Assembly: GCF_006345805.1 (NCBI RefSeq)
Contig: NC_043004.1
Coordinates: 55,862,001 to 55,926,000, forward strand
Reading direction: 5' to 3'
Origin: Octopus sinensis
Lineage: Eukaryota
DNA length: 64,000 nt
In this document: positions 28,413 through 41,974 of the stretch, one piece after another
How positions within the stretch are numbered: the first letter of the stretch is position 1
Layout: each line of letters starts with the position of its first letter
Made by a program: the position numbers and the translations under genes
The notes under the pieces: model-generated
Databases searched by the model: none
Told to the model about the DNA's origin: nothing
What the model saw: only the letters and a program-made list of their open reading frames with translations

Positions 28413-28584
28413 CATATATATGACAGGCTTCTTTCAGATTCCGTCTACCAAATCCACTCACAAGGCATTGGTCGGCCCGGGGCTATAGCAGAAGACACTT
28501 GCCCAAGATGCCACGCAGTGGGACTGAACCCAGAACTATGTGGTTGGTTAGCAAGCTACTTACCACACAGCCACTCCTGCGCCT
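28157..28584 (-). mobile_element. SINE family A
   Basis: Full-length reverse copy. Confidence 0.9.
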
Positions 28585-29377
28585 ATATATTCATACAGTT
28601 AATAATATTGAGTAGTGTGCTTTAACAACATCACACACACACAGGCTGTGTAAGCTGAGAGAAATTAGGCACACATAATAGATGGAACAAATAACTGCAA
28701 CACATATATGTATGTATGTATGTATGTGTGTGTGTGCATATATATATATATACACACACACATGTATATATACATACATGTGTATATGTGTGTGTGTGTG
28801 TGTATGTATGTTTGTGTGTGTGCGTGTATATATAGGGAATATGAATTCAACAAAGATAAAATGTGAGAGAATTGATGACTCAAGGGAAGTTAAAAAGTGG
28901 AAAAGTCAGTTATTTACTTCAATGTTTTTGAAGGTAATATCATACATAAAAATATATACGATTATTATTATTATTATTGTTGTTCATGTATTCCAAGTCA
29001 GCATTTGCCAAGATTGGGGTGGGCAGGGTGCGAAAAGAAAATAGACATTAAAATGATAATGATTGTTTCAAATACATATTTACATTGAAACACATAGATG
29101 TTACATGAAGGACCTCTGAGAGAAAATTGGCAAGATGTTTCAAGACTGCTTTCATGTTCCAGGAGGTGGAGTTCCCTAACAATTGAAGTAGGATGCAAAG
29201 TATTTTGTATTCATTAAGGAGGAGTTTGGTAAGCAGATGTGGCCTCTTTCTTGATGTTCCTTTAAAACCTGCATGCTTCCTGAAATTCACCAACACTACA
29301 TGTGATATCCCCCACATTCCATATGCATGCACATGTGTACATCATGACTCATACACTGTTCACTTTCCTGACTTTTA

Positions 29378-29694
29378 GCACCTTGGGCAAGTGCCTTCTA
29401 CAATAGCCTCGGGCCGACCAAAGCCTTGCGAGTGAATTTGGTAGACGGAAACTGAAGGAAGCCTGTCATATATATGTATATGTATATATATGTGTTTGTG
29501 TTTGTCCCCCCAACATCACTTGACAACTGATGCTGGTGTGTTTATGTCACCGTACCGTAACTTAGTGGTTCGGCAAAAGAGACAGATAGAATAAGTACTA
29601 GGCTTACAAAGAATAAGTCCTGGGGTCAATTTGCTCGACTAAAGGCAGTGCTCCAGCATGGCCACAGTCAAATGACTGAAACAAGTAAAAGAGT
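29378..29694 (+). mobile_element. SINE family A, 5'-truncated
   Basis: Begins at gcaccttgggcaag. Confidence 0.85.
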
Positions 29695-30904
29695 ATTGTA
29701 CATGCACCTTTGTAGTGCACCTGAGCACTATACACAATAATTTCATTATCATTATATATCTTAGTCTACCATATAATATATAGTCTTTTATGATCATGGA
29801 AATAACAGCCAAAGGTTCCTAAAATTACACCCTACCAATTTAAGAAGAGAAAACTAGATGCATTTGCCTGAATAAAAGACAAGATGCTCATTGCTGGAAT
29901 GCCCTGGACCACAAGTCTGTCTATTTCTTAGAGGCTGACATCAAGGGAAACAAGTTAACAAGAGCATCATTGATCTGTAAGAAACAGTTGCTGAATCTTC
30001 CTCAAATCACACCTTAACATCTTAAAAGTAAGGACATATTAAATAATGTAGCCACACAGACTGCTATGTTAGAAAAAACGAAAATAAAGAAAGATGGGAT
30101 GGTGTCAGCAAGAAACACATCTGATTACAAATCTGCTTCATAAGAGGTGACCGGAATCTGAACAATATCATTTCTATGTGAAGTATTAATAAAAGAAATC
30201 TTAAAGGCACACTGCAAAAATGATTTAATACAAATGTTTGCTTGAAATCTAATTTCAAAATGTAATTTGAAGATACTTAAATATTTCAGAATGTGAAGAT
30301 ATATATCTATCTATATATATATGTATGTATTAATATATGGAATAATTTACTCATACAATTATTCTTAGCTTTTTTTTTAAATATATGTTGTCATTACAAA
30401 TGTCTGTGTGAATGAAAAAGATATACTACAAATTATACTGTATTTGACCTGGTGGTGGTGGCCATAGTTCTCAAAGTTTGCTGTTTAAAGATTTTCTCTC
30501 TATGTTTTTATTTTGGTGCTGATAGAATGATTCTGAGAAATCTAAAGATTTGTTTATGTTTAGTCTTATAGTTCACAGCATGATGCACTCCCTTATACCG
30601 CCCATCGAACCATTTAAAATATATTATATATAGACAAACTAAAGCAAGTAACATTGTTGAATAACAACGATACTTTTGTGGGAGGATTTCAGCTGTCTTG
30701 TAGGTGGGAAGATAGTCTATTCTATTTAACAAGTTCATATATGAGCTTTGATCTATATTTGTAAGTCATGACGAGAAGAGACTAACTACTTCACGAAAAC
30801 GAAGTATGAATTCGGTTTTGTTTGTCTTTCTCTAAAATATATTGTTTTGAAGCATTTTCATTTTTAATGTTACTTCATATATTCTGCTCAGTAAAGTATT
30901 CTTT

Positions 30905-31112
30905 TCTACTCTAGGCATAAGGCCCAAAATTTTTGGGGAGGGGGCAGTCGATTAGATCGACTCCAGTACGCAACTGATACTTAATTTATCGACCTCGAAA
31001 TGATGAAAGGCAAAGTCAACCACGGCGGAATTTGAACTCAGAACGTTAAAACAGACGAAATACTGTTACGCATTTCTCCCGGCATGCTAACGTTTCTGCC
31101 AGCTCGCAGCCT
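30905..31112 (-). mobile_element. tRNA-derived SINE family B
   Basis: Reverse complement of ggc(g)gcgagctggcagaaacgttagc…gagttcaaattccgccg…gactttgcctttcatc. Confidence 0.8.
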
Positions 31113-31357
31113 TAACTCAAAGTATTAAGTCATCTTTGACTTATCAAAGGCATTCCAGCTGTAGAAATCTGTTTTCTCTCCAGACATAGTGAATTCGGTA
31201 CTGCATTATCCAGTGATCATTCCCTTCTTTAGGACGAAAGGGTGGGAGGTTAATATGTGGTGGGGTGTTAAATCTGTTCTTCACTGACTATTAACAAGTA
31301 AAAATCGCAAGTGAAAGTGCTAAATCGAGACCATGGCCGAAAGACGAAGACTCACTG

Positions 31358-31397
<40 letters not shown>

Positions 31398-31923
31398 CCC
31401 GTGCAAGCCATTATGCTAAATAATACTGGCAAATGAATTCCAAAGAATTTTTTTCATAGTAAATATATTTAATGTATGAAAGAGGAGAGCAGGTGATATG
31501 CCACGCCTCCTCTCAAATAAACATCAACATTTTAGTACGTGTCAGTAAATGTATCACTTTCTGGATATGAATTAATATCTTCTTTTTAATGATAGGTTTC
31601 TATAGTTTACGTATAAATATAATTACTGTCTGTTAATACCAACAAAGTAAATAAATAAGTTAGTTATTCTGATGGAAGTATTCTAACAGCGGTACGTAAA
31701 CATACAACAGTAATGTTACTAAACATGTTAGGAGAGAGAGGAGATAACAACTGCAATAATAACAGAATGAACAGAACGGAGCACATCATGTAAGAAATCA
31801 ATAACTAAGGTTTAAAAAAAAGAGAAAGAGAAAACTATTTGTCTACAACTGGAGGATGTTTAAAACGTATATTAGTTGAAGAAAACAGAAAAGGGGAAAA
31901 TAAACTTGCGTATACATGTGTGT

Positions 31924-31971
<48 letters not shown>

Positions 31972-31974
<3 letters not shown>

Positions 31975-32281
31975 TAAGTAATTAAGGGTTTAGCAACGAT
32001 TTGCCTCACCACACACCGAATTTAGAAATAGCAGTCAAAGAGTTTTGGCTATTCTTTCTACTTAAAAGTAGAAAGAATAGCCAAAACTTTTAAGTAGAAA
32101 GAATAGCCAAAACTCTTTGACTGCTATTTCTAAATTCGGTGTGTGGTGAGGCAAATCGTTGCTAAACCCTTAATTACTTAGTATTACTTAAACATTCCTT
32201 GAATGGGGCTTTTACATGCCGAACTCTACTTGGTGAAATTAATGATTATTCCAAATTAATTAATTTCACCCTTTATTATTG

Positions 32282-32282
<1 letters not shown>
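31972..32282. mobile_element. Penelope-like fragment with perfect 97-bp inverted arms, related to the 58.4-kb tandem unit
   Basis: 31972-32068 is the exact reverse complement of 32087-32183; flanked by (TA)n on both sides. Confidence 0.8.
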
Positions 32283-32330
<48 letters not shown>

Positions 32331-33589
32331 GTATATAATGTGTGTGGTGTATGAATGAATGATCAACGATTATGCAAAACAAAATAGTAGGTGTTGTCAT
32401 ACAGAAAGACATTCACAGGTTGTTGTTGTTAGAGAGAAAAGATCGGTGGCTGTGAGTGAGGAAGGAGAAATGTTTATTTAGCAGTTCATAAATTAAAAAA
32501 AAAAAGGGACAAAGGACAATCACACAAAAAAAATTATACTAAGGGTCAATCGAGAATTAGGTGGGAGTCGGAATAAAATAAAAAGAAATAGCTAACCGTT
32601 TGTAGATTCTTAAATACATAGAAAATAGATCTGACTTGGTGCAGAGTATCTACCGCCCACCTTCCATATTGGATATCATGTGATTCACTTCGGTGAGCAG
32701 ATTTCAAAGTCCCCATTGAAAAATTATTCCAGTCTTTCATTTACCATCCATTAGATTATCCGAAGGAAAGGATATTTTAGTTTTACATGGATTTGTATTT
32801 TTATTTAAAAAAAAGCAATCGATGATTGATTTATCTAGTTTGTTTTACGGGGATATGGTTATATTTTATTGAAATATGTTAACGTAGTTAAAAACACACG
32901 GAAGATTTAGTAGTGGAGGTTCGAGCCTATAAGAATAATTATTTTTTGTTTTGAACACTTATTTCGTTTTTATTTCCCGAATAAAGTTAAAATATAGCTT
33001 AATGTCACTATTTTACATACGTTAGTCGATCTCATTAGACTTTTAGATCTTCAAAAATATATATTGACAAGTTTTTACGAAAAAAAAAAAAAATTCTGCG
33101 TTATGTATTTATATAGCAAAAAACAAAAATTAAACTAAAAGATTTGCTAATTTTTTTTTTACAGAATGTAGATATGGATACTGATACCTTTCTAAAGAAC
33201 ATTGGCAACACATGATAAAATAGCTACAAACAATAACCAATACCGAATTATCTTCGATGCCTCTGTGTTTGTGTGTGTGAGACAGTCAACCAATTGATTT
33301 CTGTCTCCTGGAAAGAAAACTCGTCAATGGAATTTTGGATGAAATCGAAGTAAAAATAAAGAGGTTATATTGACGAGCTGTTAGGTGAAATATATAATAA
33401 ATCTGTGCCAATTCGAGACAGGGTGTCAATGATAGGGGCCCGTCACTATTTTGATAAAAACATCGAATTATAGAAAACATCATTCTATAAGTAGTAAGAG
33501 TAATTGAGTGTGTGTAACAATGAGTTTGCGTACATACATTGATTAAATATAAAAATAAACAAACTCATATTCCCACGTATTTACTATTA

Positions 33590-33910
33590 CTCTCGATGCG
33601 AAATTAAAGCTTCCTAGGTCTTTAGCAACAGTTTTCACTCATTTATCTACCCCAAACTATCGTTGATGTAAGGAAACAATGGCGACGTTTAGGAATAGCT
33701 GTCACTTGAAGTCCCACATCTCACGGAGAAAAGAATAGCGTACGGAAGTACGTAAAGTGAAAATTGTCTTTTTTTTTTTTTTGTCAGAATAGTAATTTCC
33801 GTTGTATGAAGTACAGGAATAATAAAGAAATGAAAAAGTTATCCTTTTTCCTTTCTCAGCAGTTATGGAATTTCGAGAGACAGCTATTCCAAAACTCCGC
33901 CCAAATTTCA
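33590..33910. promoter_or_regulatory. Candidate CpG-retaining housekeeping-type promoter
   Basis: Cluster of YY1-like AACAATGGCG, ETS CGGAAGT, TCTCACGGAGA (TCTCGCGAGA-like) and GC-box CTCCGCCC in unique DNA just right of the CpG-depleted domain. Confidence 0.4.
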
Positions 33911-33913
33911 ATC

Positions 33914-35198
33914 TAAGAGGGTGGCTAAAAAGTTTATAGGCTGACTATGAAGGATTGATGTTAGAGCGGTGAAATCTAGCATGTACCAATCTCAGCCCTT
34001 CTTATTAATAACTGTTGTAACTTATTAATAACTGTTGTATTTTTCCAGGTAAATAAACACCTGACTGCTCAAAAAAACTTTAGATGTAACTAGTAGCGAC
34101 TTCTCTTGAAAATGAACATAATTTGGCACCGTGGGATTTATCAATACCTGCAGGAAAAAGGTTTAGGCCTCAAGGACATTTATGTTGACATGGTTGTTAC
34201 ATTAGGAAATGACGCGCCAGCCTTATCCACAGTGAAAAGTGGACAACTGAATTTAGGAAGGGAAGAGAGATTCTTGAAGATGACCCAACGTCTGAACGTC
34301 AAACAACTGCCACCATAGGAAAACATTGATCGTTTTTACCACATAATGAAATATGACGGGCGATTGACTTTCTATCGTATAGCCTGTACTATTATTATAT
34401 CCCGCGACATAGTTGAGAATATTCTGTACAAAGAACTTGATATGACAAAGGTTTCCGCTTGGTGAGTGCCACATCTTTTGATACTTGATCAAAAGTGTAT
34501 CAGGCTGACATTATTTGAGGTAGATCCAGCTGGTTTCCTTGAACGTTTCGTAACCGAGGATGTGTGTTGGGGTCATCACTTCGAGCCAGAGACAAAGCGA
34601 CAATCCATGCAGAAAAAACTCCCCTCCTCACCTGCTCCAAACAAAGCCAACGTCGTTTCATCTGCACGGAATTGTGATGACCGCAGTTTTTAAGGCTAGA
34701 AAAAGCATAGTGTCTATTGACTGTTTTCAAAAGGACCATGCTGTCAATGAAGAATACTATGCTAACTTACTGAGGTAATTACGAAAGGCTATCAAGAACA
34801 TACGCCTGGGAAAAAGGACGAAAGGGGTCTTCTTTCATCAGGACAATGCTCCAGCACACAAGCCCTTGGCTTCAATGGCTGTTGTGCGTGACTGTAGCTT
34901 TGATTAATCGCCCTTTCTGTACTCCTGATTTGGTCACATCTGTATATCAACTGTTCCCTAACATGAAAAAGTACTTAGCTGGGAATCAATGTCGCAGTGA
35001 TGATGAGTGATATCTATTGGTGACTTTTTTGACCAACAGTATAAAAGCTTTTTCACCATTGGGATCCAAGCACTGCAACACTGATGGAAGAAGTGTGTGG
35101 ACTGCAAAAGCGGACCATGTTGAAAAATAAACCTCATTTGGTCATGTTCCATGAGAGTATTTTGGTCACCATATAAACTTTACAGCTGACCCCCCGTA
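33914..35198 (+). mobile_element. Decayed mariner transposon
   Basis: Imperfect TIRs (gagggtggctaaaaagtttatagg / atataaactttacagctgacccccc) with TA; fragments RFVTED.WGHHFEPETKRQS, FHQDNAPAH, P..TPDL. Confidence 0.9.
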
Positions 35199-35338
35199 AT
35201 CAAAATATATTTCTTCTGTCATTTATTCCATGGATTATAAATTTGCCAGTATGCAGCCTTCTCAGCTTCACTGAATTTCATCAACATCTTGACCGTAGCA
35301 TCTTCTTAACACAAGTAACTCTTACGGCAGCAATCCAT

Positions 35339-35693
35339 TATGTATGTATGTATGTATGTATGTATGTATGTATGTATGTATGTATGTATGTATGTATGTA
35401 TATATGTGTGTGTGTATGTATGTATGTATGTATGTATGTATGTATGTATGTATGTATGTGTGTGTGTATGTATGTATGTATGTATGTGTGTATGTATGTA
35501 TGTATGTATGTATGTATGTATGTGTGTGTGTATGTATGTATGTATGTGTGTGTATGTATGTATGTATGTATGTGTGTATGTATGTATGTATGTATGTATG
35601 TATGTATGTGTGTGTGTATGTATGTATGTATGTGTGTGTGTATGTATGTATGTATGTGTGTATGTGTGTGTGTTTGTATGTATGTATGTATGT
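35339..35693. repeat. (TATG)n microsatellite
   Basis: Direct reading. Confidence 0.95.
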
Positions 35694-35694
35694 T

Positions 35695-36334
35695 CAGTTT
35701 TATTTCAAGATTTCTTGCCAATAGAGAAAGAGCCAGTTTCTAACCTATGCACTTTCATTGAAATTTCAACATCAACAAAGCACTTGTGCATGTTTGTATG
35801 TACATATGCAGTATTTGGGAATCAGTGCACGCGCAGATTTGTATGTTTTGCTTTATGTATATATTCTAATGCGTATATATTCTAATGCGTATATATTCTA
35901 ATGCGTATATATTCTAATGCGTATAGTTGCATGTCTAGACATGCGCAAATATACTTAAATGATAAACTTTTGCAAAATTTTACAAATTTAAAAATTTCCA
36001 TTGATGGCTTGCATCTGTAATCTTCGAACTAGCTTCCTCCTTTCTAGTTTTGAGAAGCCTAATTTCTCAAGATTGGTATTTAGGCAGTTTGTTACACATC
36101 CCAGTGCTCTTATAAATACAGGTATAAACCTGAACTTCTAATCCGAGTAGAGTAACTGTAAATTTCTCATAGGCGCAGGAGTGGCTGTGTGGTAAGTAGC
36201 TTGCTAATCAACCACATGGTTCCGGGTTCAGTCCCACTGCGTGGCATCTTGGGCAAGTGTCTTCTGCTATAACCTCGGGCCGACCAAAGCCTTGTGAATG
36301 GATTTGGTAGACGGAAACTGAAAGAAGCCTGTCG

Positions 36335-36406
<72 letters not shown>

Positions 36407-38275
36407 GTGTGTATATGTTTGTGTGTCTGTGTTTGTCCCTCTAGCATTGTTTGACAACCGATGCTGGTGTGTTTACGTCCCCGTCACTTAGCGGTTCGGC
36501 GAAAGAGACCGATAGAATAAGTACTGGGCTTACAAAGAATAAGTCCCGGGGTCGATTTGCTCGACTAAAGGCGGTGCTCCAGCATGGCCGCAGTCAAATG
36601 ACTGAAACAAGTAAAAGAGTAAAAGAGTAAAGAGTAAAAGGGAGTTCAGTGGAGGCGTTTTCTTTTTCATCATGTTTTGCCTTAAGATGACATCCGCTGG
36701 GCAGCTGATTCCCACTGCTGTTCATAGCTTCTCTATCTGTCTCAAATCATTATGTCCGGTCTATTATATTTACATTATATTGACGTTTTCACTGGGCTAG
36801 TCTACTGGTATACTTTCATATTATGAGTAGCTATGGCCTCTACCATACTCTGGGTTCTTATCTCTTTGGTTTTAGGATTATCATTCTGACGCTTCTCATT
36901 ATACATTATCTTGGCTACATCATGTGTCATCCGTAGATAATACCGCAGTGACAATTTTGGACAACTGCTTATGATGTGGATGATATCTTCAGTGTTTTAA
37001 CTCCACAAAAACTGCATCAGTTATCACATTTTTGCGGTTTTCCTGCGTCTTTGTCCTTTTTGTGCATCAGGTTTTTGGTTGTTATTTCCTGTTCTTGATT
37101 GCGAACGCATAATCTTCAAAGTGGGTCTAGACTGCTTTGATTATCAACGTTACTATCCATTTACGGGTCTTCTGCTGATATACATTCATCCTTTCATCAG
37201 ATGATACATTGCAATAGAGTCGTGCAACTCCTTTGGGTATGTATTCAGGGTTACCAGGCAAAGAATGTTGTTCGCGGACTTGCTTTTCAAGTCTTATGCT
37301 TTTATCTGCCTCGCATACGTAAACTTAGCCAAGGGATGCACTTCGACACTTGGTGATTAAAAGACATTGCAGAGGGGATATATGACATTTAAAGGCAGTC
37401 TAGAGCGATATTGAGCCTCTGCTTCTTTGTTTTCGTTTTAAGTAGAGGGGGTTTACATCGCTATTGATGTGAAAGTTAGTTGTGTTGCTCAGTGTCTTCT
37501 GGGTCTTCACACCAACGGCTCGGATCTCACCAAGCGTCTAATTAAGTAGCCCCAAAATTTGGTATGAGTACTGGTACTGCAAACACATTGTGGGCCACTG
37601 TTCTATTGAATGTAGAAAGTTCCAAGGTTCATATCTTCCTTATCTGGCTATAATATTCTTTAGTGATACGTGCCTTGTTATAGGAACCATCGTAAGTCAT
37701 GTTTCCATCCACTCATCGGTACTTGTAACATTTCTTATCAGATGTAGGAGAAAAAGTTAAGTCATTAATGGAAATGCTGCTAGTCTGGTTTATAATCCTC
37801 CCTCATTTCACAACCATAGAGCAACGTTATACAGATCAAATTCCAACCTTATATCCTTTGAAAATGTTGTAACCAGGCTCTTTTTCATCTCATGCATTAT
37901 CTTGGCATACTGTTTCAATTCGCCCACAAAGAAGCAGCGTGTAAGTTTGTTATCTTTTGTCTCTTTGTGAACCAGTGAGATACTTTTCAGATTTCCTCAA
38001 CATAAATGACGGGGGTTTACTGAAACTATGAACAGCATCACAGACAGACCGTCCCTTGGAATATACATCTGAAGTACTGTATGTGACCGGTGTCTATGCA
38101 ATCACTCCTTGTATTTAACTTTAAGATGGTGCCTGCGATGAAGATAGGTCAGCTATGAGTTTTGGCTATGCTCTCTGGAACTTTAGTAAGTTGAAGGGCT
38201 TTTAACATCCATAGTCAAAAGCTTTCTTGTAGTTCAGCTACATTGAAGCCAGTTTCCTCCAATGCTCCTACTTGC
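35695..38275 (-). mobile_element. Decayed R4/Dong-like (RLE) non-LTR retrotransposon with a SINE inserted
   Basis: Minus-strand fragments IFQGD.LSVMLF, FFVGELKQYA (FVDDLKLYA-like), C..CG…IIHIISSCPKL…THD, SCPADV, FIPVFIRALG. Confidence 0.75.
36170..36640 (+). mobile_element. SINE family A, young, nested in the R4-like element
   Basis: Full head-to-tail copy with CpGs retained. Confidence 0.92.
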
Positions 38276-38276
38276 T

Positions 38277-38514
38277 ATGTATGTATGTATGTATGTATGT
38301 ATGTATGTATGTATGTATGTATGTATGTATGTATGTATGTATGCATGTATGTATGTATGTATGTATGTGTGTATGTATGTATGTATGTATGTATGTATGT
38401 ATGTATGTATGTATGTATGCATGCATGCATGCACGCATGTATGTATGCATGCATGCATGTATGTATGTATGCATGTATGTATGTTTTTATGTGTGCATGT
38501 ATGTATGTATGTAT
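38277..38514. repeat. (TATG)n/(CATG)n microsatellite
   Basis: Direct reading. Confidence 0.95.
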
Positions 38515-38524
38515 ATCATTATAT

Positions 38525-38900
38525 AGTTTTATTTCGATATTTCTTACCAATAGAGAAAGAACCGGTTTTTAATCTAGATCCATGTCTCCTCCTTTGGAAT
38601 TTCAACAACAACAGAGTATTTTGTATGTATGCATGTATACATGCAGATTTGTGTGTTTTTGTTTTATGTATGTATTCTCATGCATATACTTGCATACCTA
38701 GACATGCTTATACATACTTAAATGATAAACTTCTAGAAAGTTTTACAGATTTTTACAGTTCTAGTAATAGATTGGATCTGTAGTCTTCGAATCAGCATTC
38801 TCCTTTCTGGTTGTGAGAAACCTAATTTCTCAAGATTGGTATTTAGGCAATGTGTTACATATCCCAGTGGCTCAATAATTACAGTAGCTGCCATCATTAC
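38525..38900 (-). mobile_element. Second short 3' copy of the R4/Dong-like element
   Basis: LGYVTHCLNTNLEKLGF…LQIQSITRTVKICKTF; 3' UTR similar to 35695-36110. Confidence 0.75.
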
Positions 38901-39544
38901 AGTTTCCGGGCTGGATTTCAAGCGTGACAAACTAAGGCTATGACTATTATCCAGTCATCTCATTCTTGGTCTACCTCTAGGTCTGCTGCCAGTTGGATCG
39001 TCTAGAAGAATCAGTCTTGAGATTCTTTCTCACGATATTCAAATAATATATCCATTATTCCGGAGCTTTGTCCGCTCAATGCACTGTGTGGTTTTCCAGC
39101 CGGTTGCTGGAAAGCAGGGATGAGAATTATTGTTGCGAAGACTGAGACATTGGTTCTTTTAAGAAAGTCATCCCACAGCATTGAGAAGACACAACTCCGG
39201 TACTACGGACATGTGATTAGAATGCAGGAAAAAAAATCACAAGATGGATTATTTAAGCCAAACCAATATATAAAAAGTTACGAAGAAACCGGTTATTATC
39301 ATATGGTGTAAAATAAAGAAAGTAGTAAATCTAGTCGAGTGAACGGTTCCTCATGAAGATAACATGGACGCCGCTCGGGCTCAGAAGATCGACAGTTATA
39401 AAAAACCTTCTGGTGGAATGTGAAGACACAGGCTAGAAAGCAGAGAATTTACTAATCGAAGTCGGATGTAGAGGATTCGTTGGACACAGAGCAAATATCA
39501 TCATGAGCGATAGCCAAACTACAGTGGAGAAGGCAAACCAGTTT

Positions 39545-39635
39545 GGGGCAAGCCATTGGTTGGGGGCAAGCCACTAGGTGGTGGGCAAGCCACTGGGTGG
39601 GGGGCAAGTCACTGGGTGCGGGGCAAGCCACTGGA
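39545..39635. repeat. Minisatellite, ~5 x ~19-20 bp (ggggcaagccactgggtg)
   Basis: Direct reading. Confidence 0.85.
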
Positions 39636-39886
39636 TTTGGTTAAAAAGAAACGATGAACAATGACTTGAACGAAACCTAATAACCAGTTGATTTCAGTCA
39701 GTGGGTCTAGTGCGCAGTGTTGCTGCCGGGAGAAAGGCCCCTAAATGGTGCGCATTCTCTCCTGGTTACCCAAAAAACTTGTTAGCACACGGTATGCGGA
39801 GCTTTCAACTGGTAGCACTTGCATCTGAAAGTTGCTTGCAAGTACATATATTCAGCAATATCAATGTCGAGCAGTGTTTAGGAATA

Positions 39887-40523
39887 CAGTTCTATATTTA
39901 AGAGATGAGGAATTATGTGCATTATTTACCTTATTTACACTATTTACATTCAACGGATATTTGTCCTCATCGCAAAGCTGTGAAACGAGGAGATATTGAT
40001 AAATCGGGTATTGCTGATTATGTATAGAAAAATGGTGACCACTTCCTCCTGTGGGATGAAGTTAAAATAATAGACAAAGTACACCAGTGGCAAATACGAA
40101 ACTAAAAGAAGCAGCACGTATGTTAGGACACAATAAACTCCTAAGCAGACCGAGTGCAGATATGAGCAGCATATGGGAACCGGTATTAAGGAAGGATAGA
40201 AAAATATTAGATTTATTAGCCCTAAAATTCACTCCCTAATTGCCCACGGGCATATGGCTCAGAAGATCGACAGTTATAAAAAACCTTCTCGTGGAATGTG
40301 AAGATACAGGCTAGAAAGCAGAGAATTTACTAAGAGCGAGGGCTAATAACACCAAGATTCTGAGTTCGATTACAAGCATCAAAAAGTACCCTAAGAATGA
40401 GAACCCAGGTCCGAAATTTCCCCTGAAGAAGGCTGGAGGGTATATCAGCCGAAACGTTGTGTTAACAACAAATAAGATGAGGATAAATATCCGTTGAATG
40501 TAAATAATGTAAATAATGTAAAT
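39887..40523 (+). mobile_element. Truncated Penelope-like element: inverted pLTR piece, GIY-YIG C-terminal pseudo-ORF, tRNA-like segment, HHR-bearing pLTR
   Basis: HRKAVKRGDIDKSGIADYV*…WDEVKIID…LKEA..MLG.N.LLSR…IWEPVL; flanking direct repeat agtgtttaggaata at 39873 and 40524. Confidence 0.8.
40423..40463 (+). ncRNA. Minimal hammerhead core, 5' stem I strand deleted
   Basis: CTGAAGA-A-GGCTG…CAGCC-GAAAC-GTT-GTGTT. Confidence 0.55.
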
Positions 40524-41111
40524 AGTGTTTAGGAATAAGCGAACCTTAGGTTAGTTAAAATATGTTTGCAACATTCAACAAAAATTCTCTCTTATGGTAA
40601 AACACCATATCTGTCCAGTACTACCTCCTGTAGGATTCCCAGACGGAACGTTTCTAACTCTTTATCCATTATCTCAAAGAGTTTGAAACGATGCGTCTGG
40701 GAATCCGACAGGCAACGACATTGGGTAGATATTCTCTTTTTACACATTTTATCACAAGAGAGAATTTTTTCTCCGCATTTACTGCAGTGAATTTGCCTTT
40801 AAATGTTGAAATATGTCACAAGTATATTTTAACTAAAATAAAGTTCGCTATGTCCCTTACCCAACTATACTTTACTGAAGTCTTCGAGTGGAAAAATTTG
40901 GTTATCGAATATGAAATATTAGAATTTCTAAGAAAATCACAGAATACTTTATCTTAAGACAAAAAAAAAAAAAAGATTAAACTCAGGGTCTTGGCTATAT
41001 GAGTTGGAAAGATATGATAGTTGCTGTTTTATAATTTCTCTCGAAGCAGCTCAAATCATGAATGTAAATTCCACCACAGATCTGTTTAGCTGGAAACATT
41101 CAATTAAAACG

Positions 41112-41208
<97 letters not shown>

Positions 41209-41974
41209 TGCATACACGGCAGTTAATTATTCCAGCTGACCTGGGTTACGGCCATATTTTCTGTTAACGGGTAAAAAGTATTAGAATCAATAATTTTACG
41301 TTGGTACGAGGCCAAACATATTTAGAAGTCAAGTACAGTCGCTCTTTTCTAATGGCATAAGTCAGAGGAGAAAGTCAGTACCCCTGGCCACTTTCAGGAT
41401 CTCCAAGAAGAAGTTATTCCACAGATCGGAAGACTTGCCTCTATGCTTGCAACATAATGAGCTTCGCCAAAGATACTCAAGGACTATGTTGTGGTATTAA
41501 AATAGGAGATAGATTAAGTCTATGGCACCGAACAAGACAGGTTTTGCTGAAGGGAATTCATGCCGTTTCCGCCTATCAAATTTCATTTCCGAGGAGTTGC
41601 TCGATCTCCGGACTGTAGTAGAAGACCCTTGTCCAATGTTTCGCACTCTGAGGTGGAGCCCTAAACCATGAAGTTGCGATGTGCTTGTGCCCTAGAAGAA
41701 TGAATATTTTTCTTTTATCTGTTTCAATCACTGGACTGCCGCCATGCTGGGGCATCGTCCTGAAGGGCTTAGTCGAACAAATTGACCCCAATACTTTTTA
41801 AAACCAGGTACTTATTCCATCGGTCACTGTTGCCAAATCACTATGTATATATATATATACACATATATATATATATTCATGTATATATATATGTATATAG
41901 TATACATATTTATATGTATAACTGTATATATGTGTATATATATACTTTATTAATAAAGCTGCAAAGACATCACA

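Noticed and set aside
35243-35885. Long YVCM/HTYI-repeat ORFs (also 38234-38783, 63710-64000, and the YIYI ORFs)
   Set aside because: Stop-free readings of microsatellites
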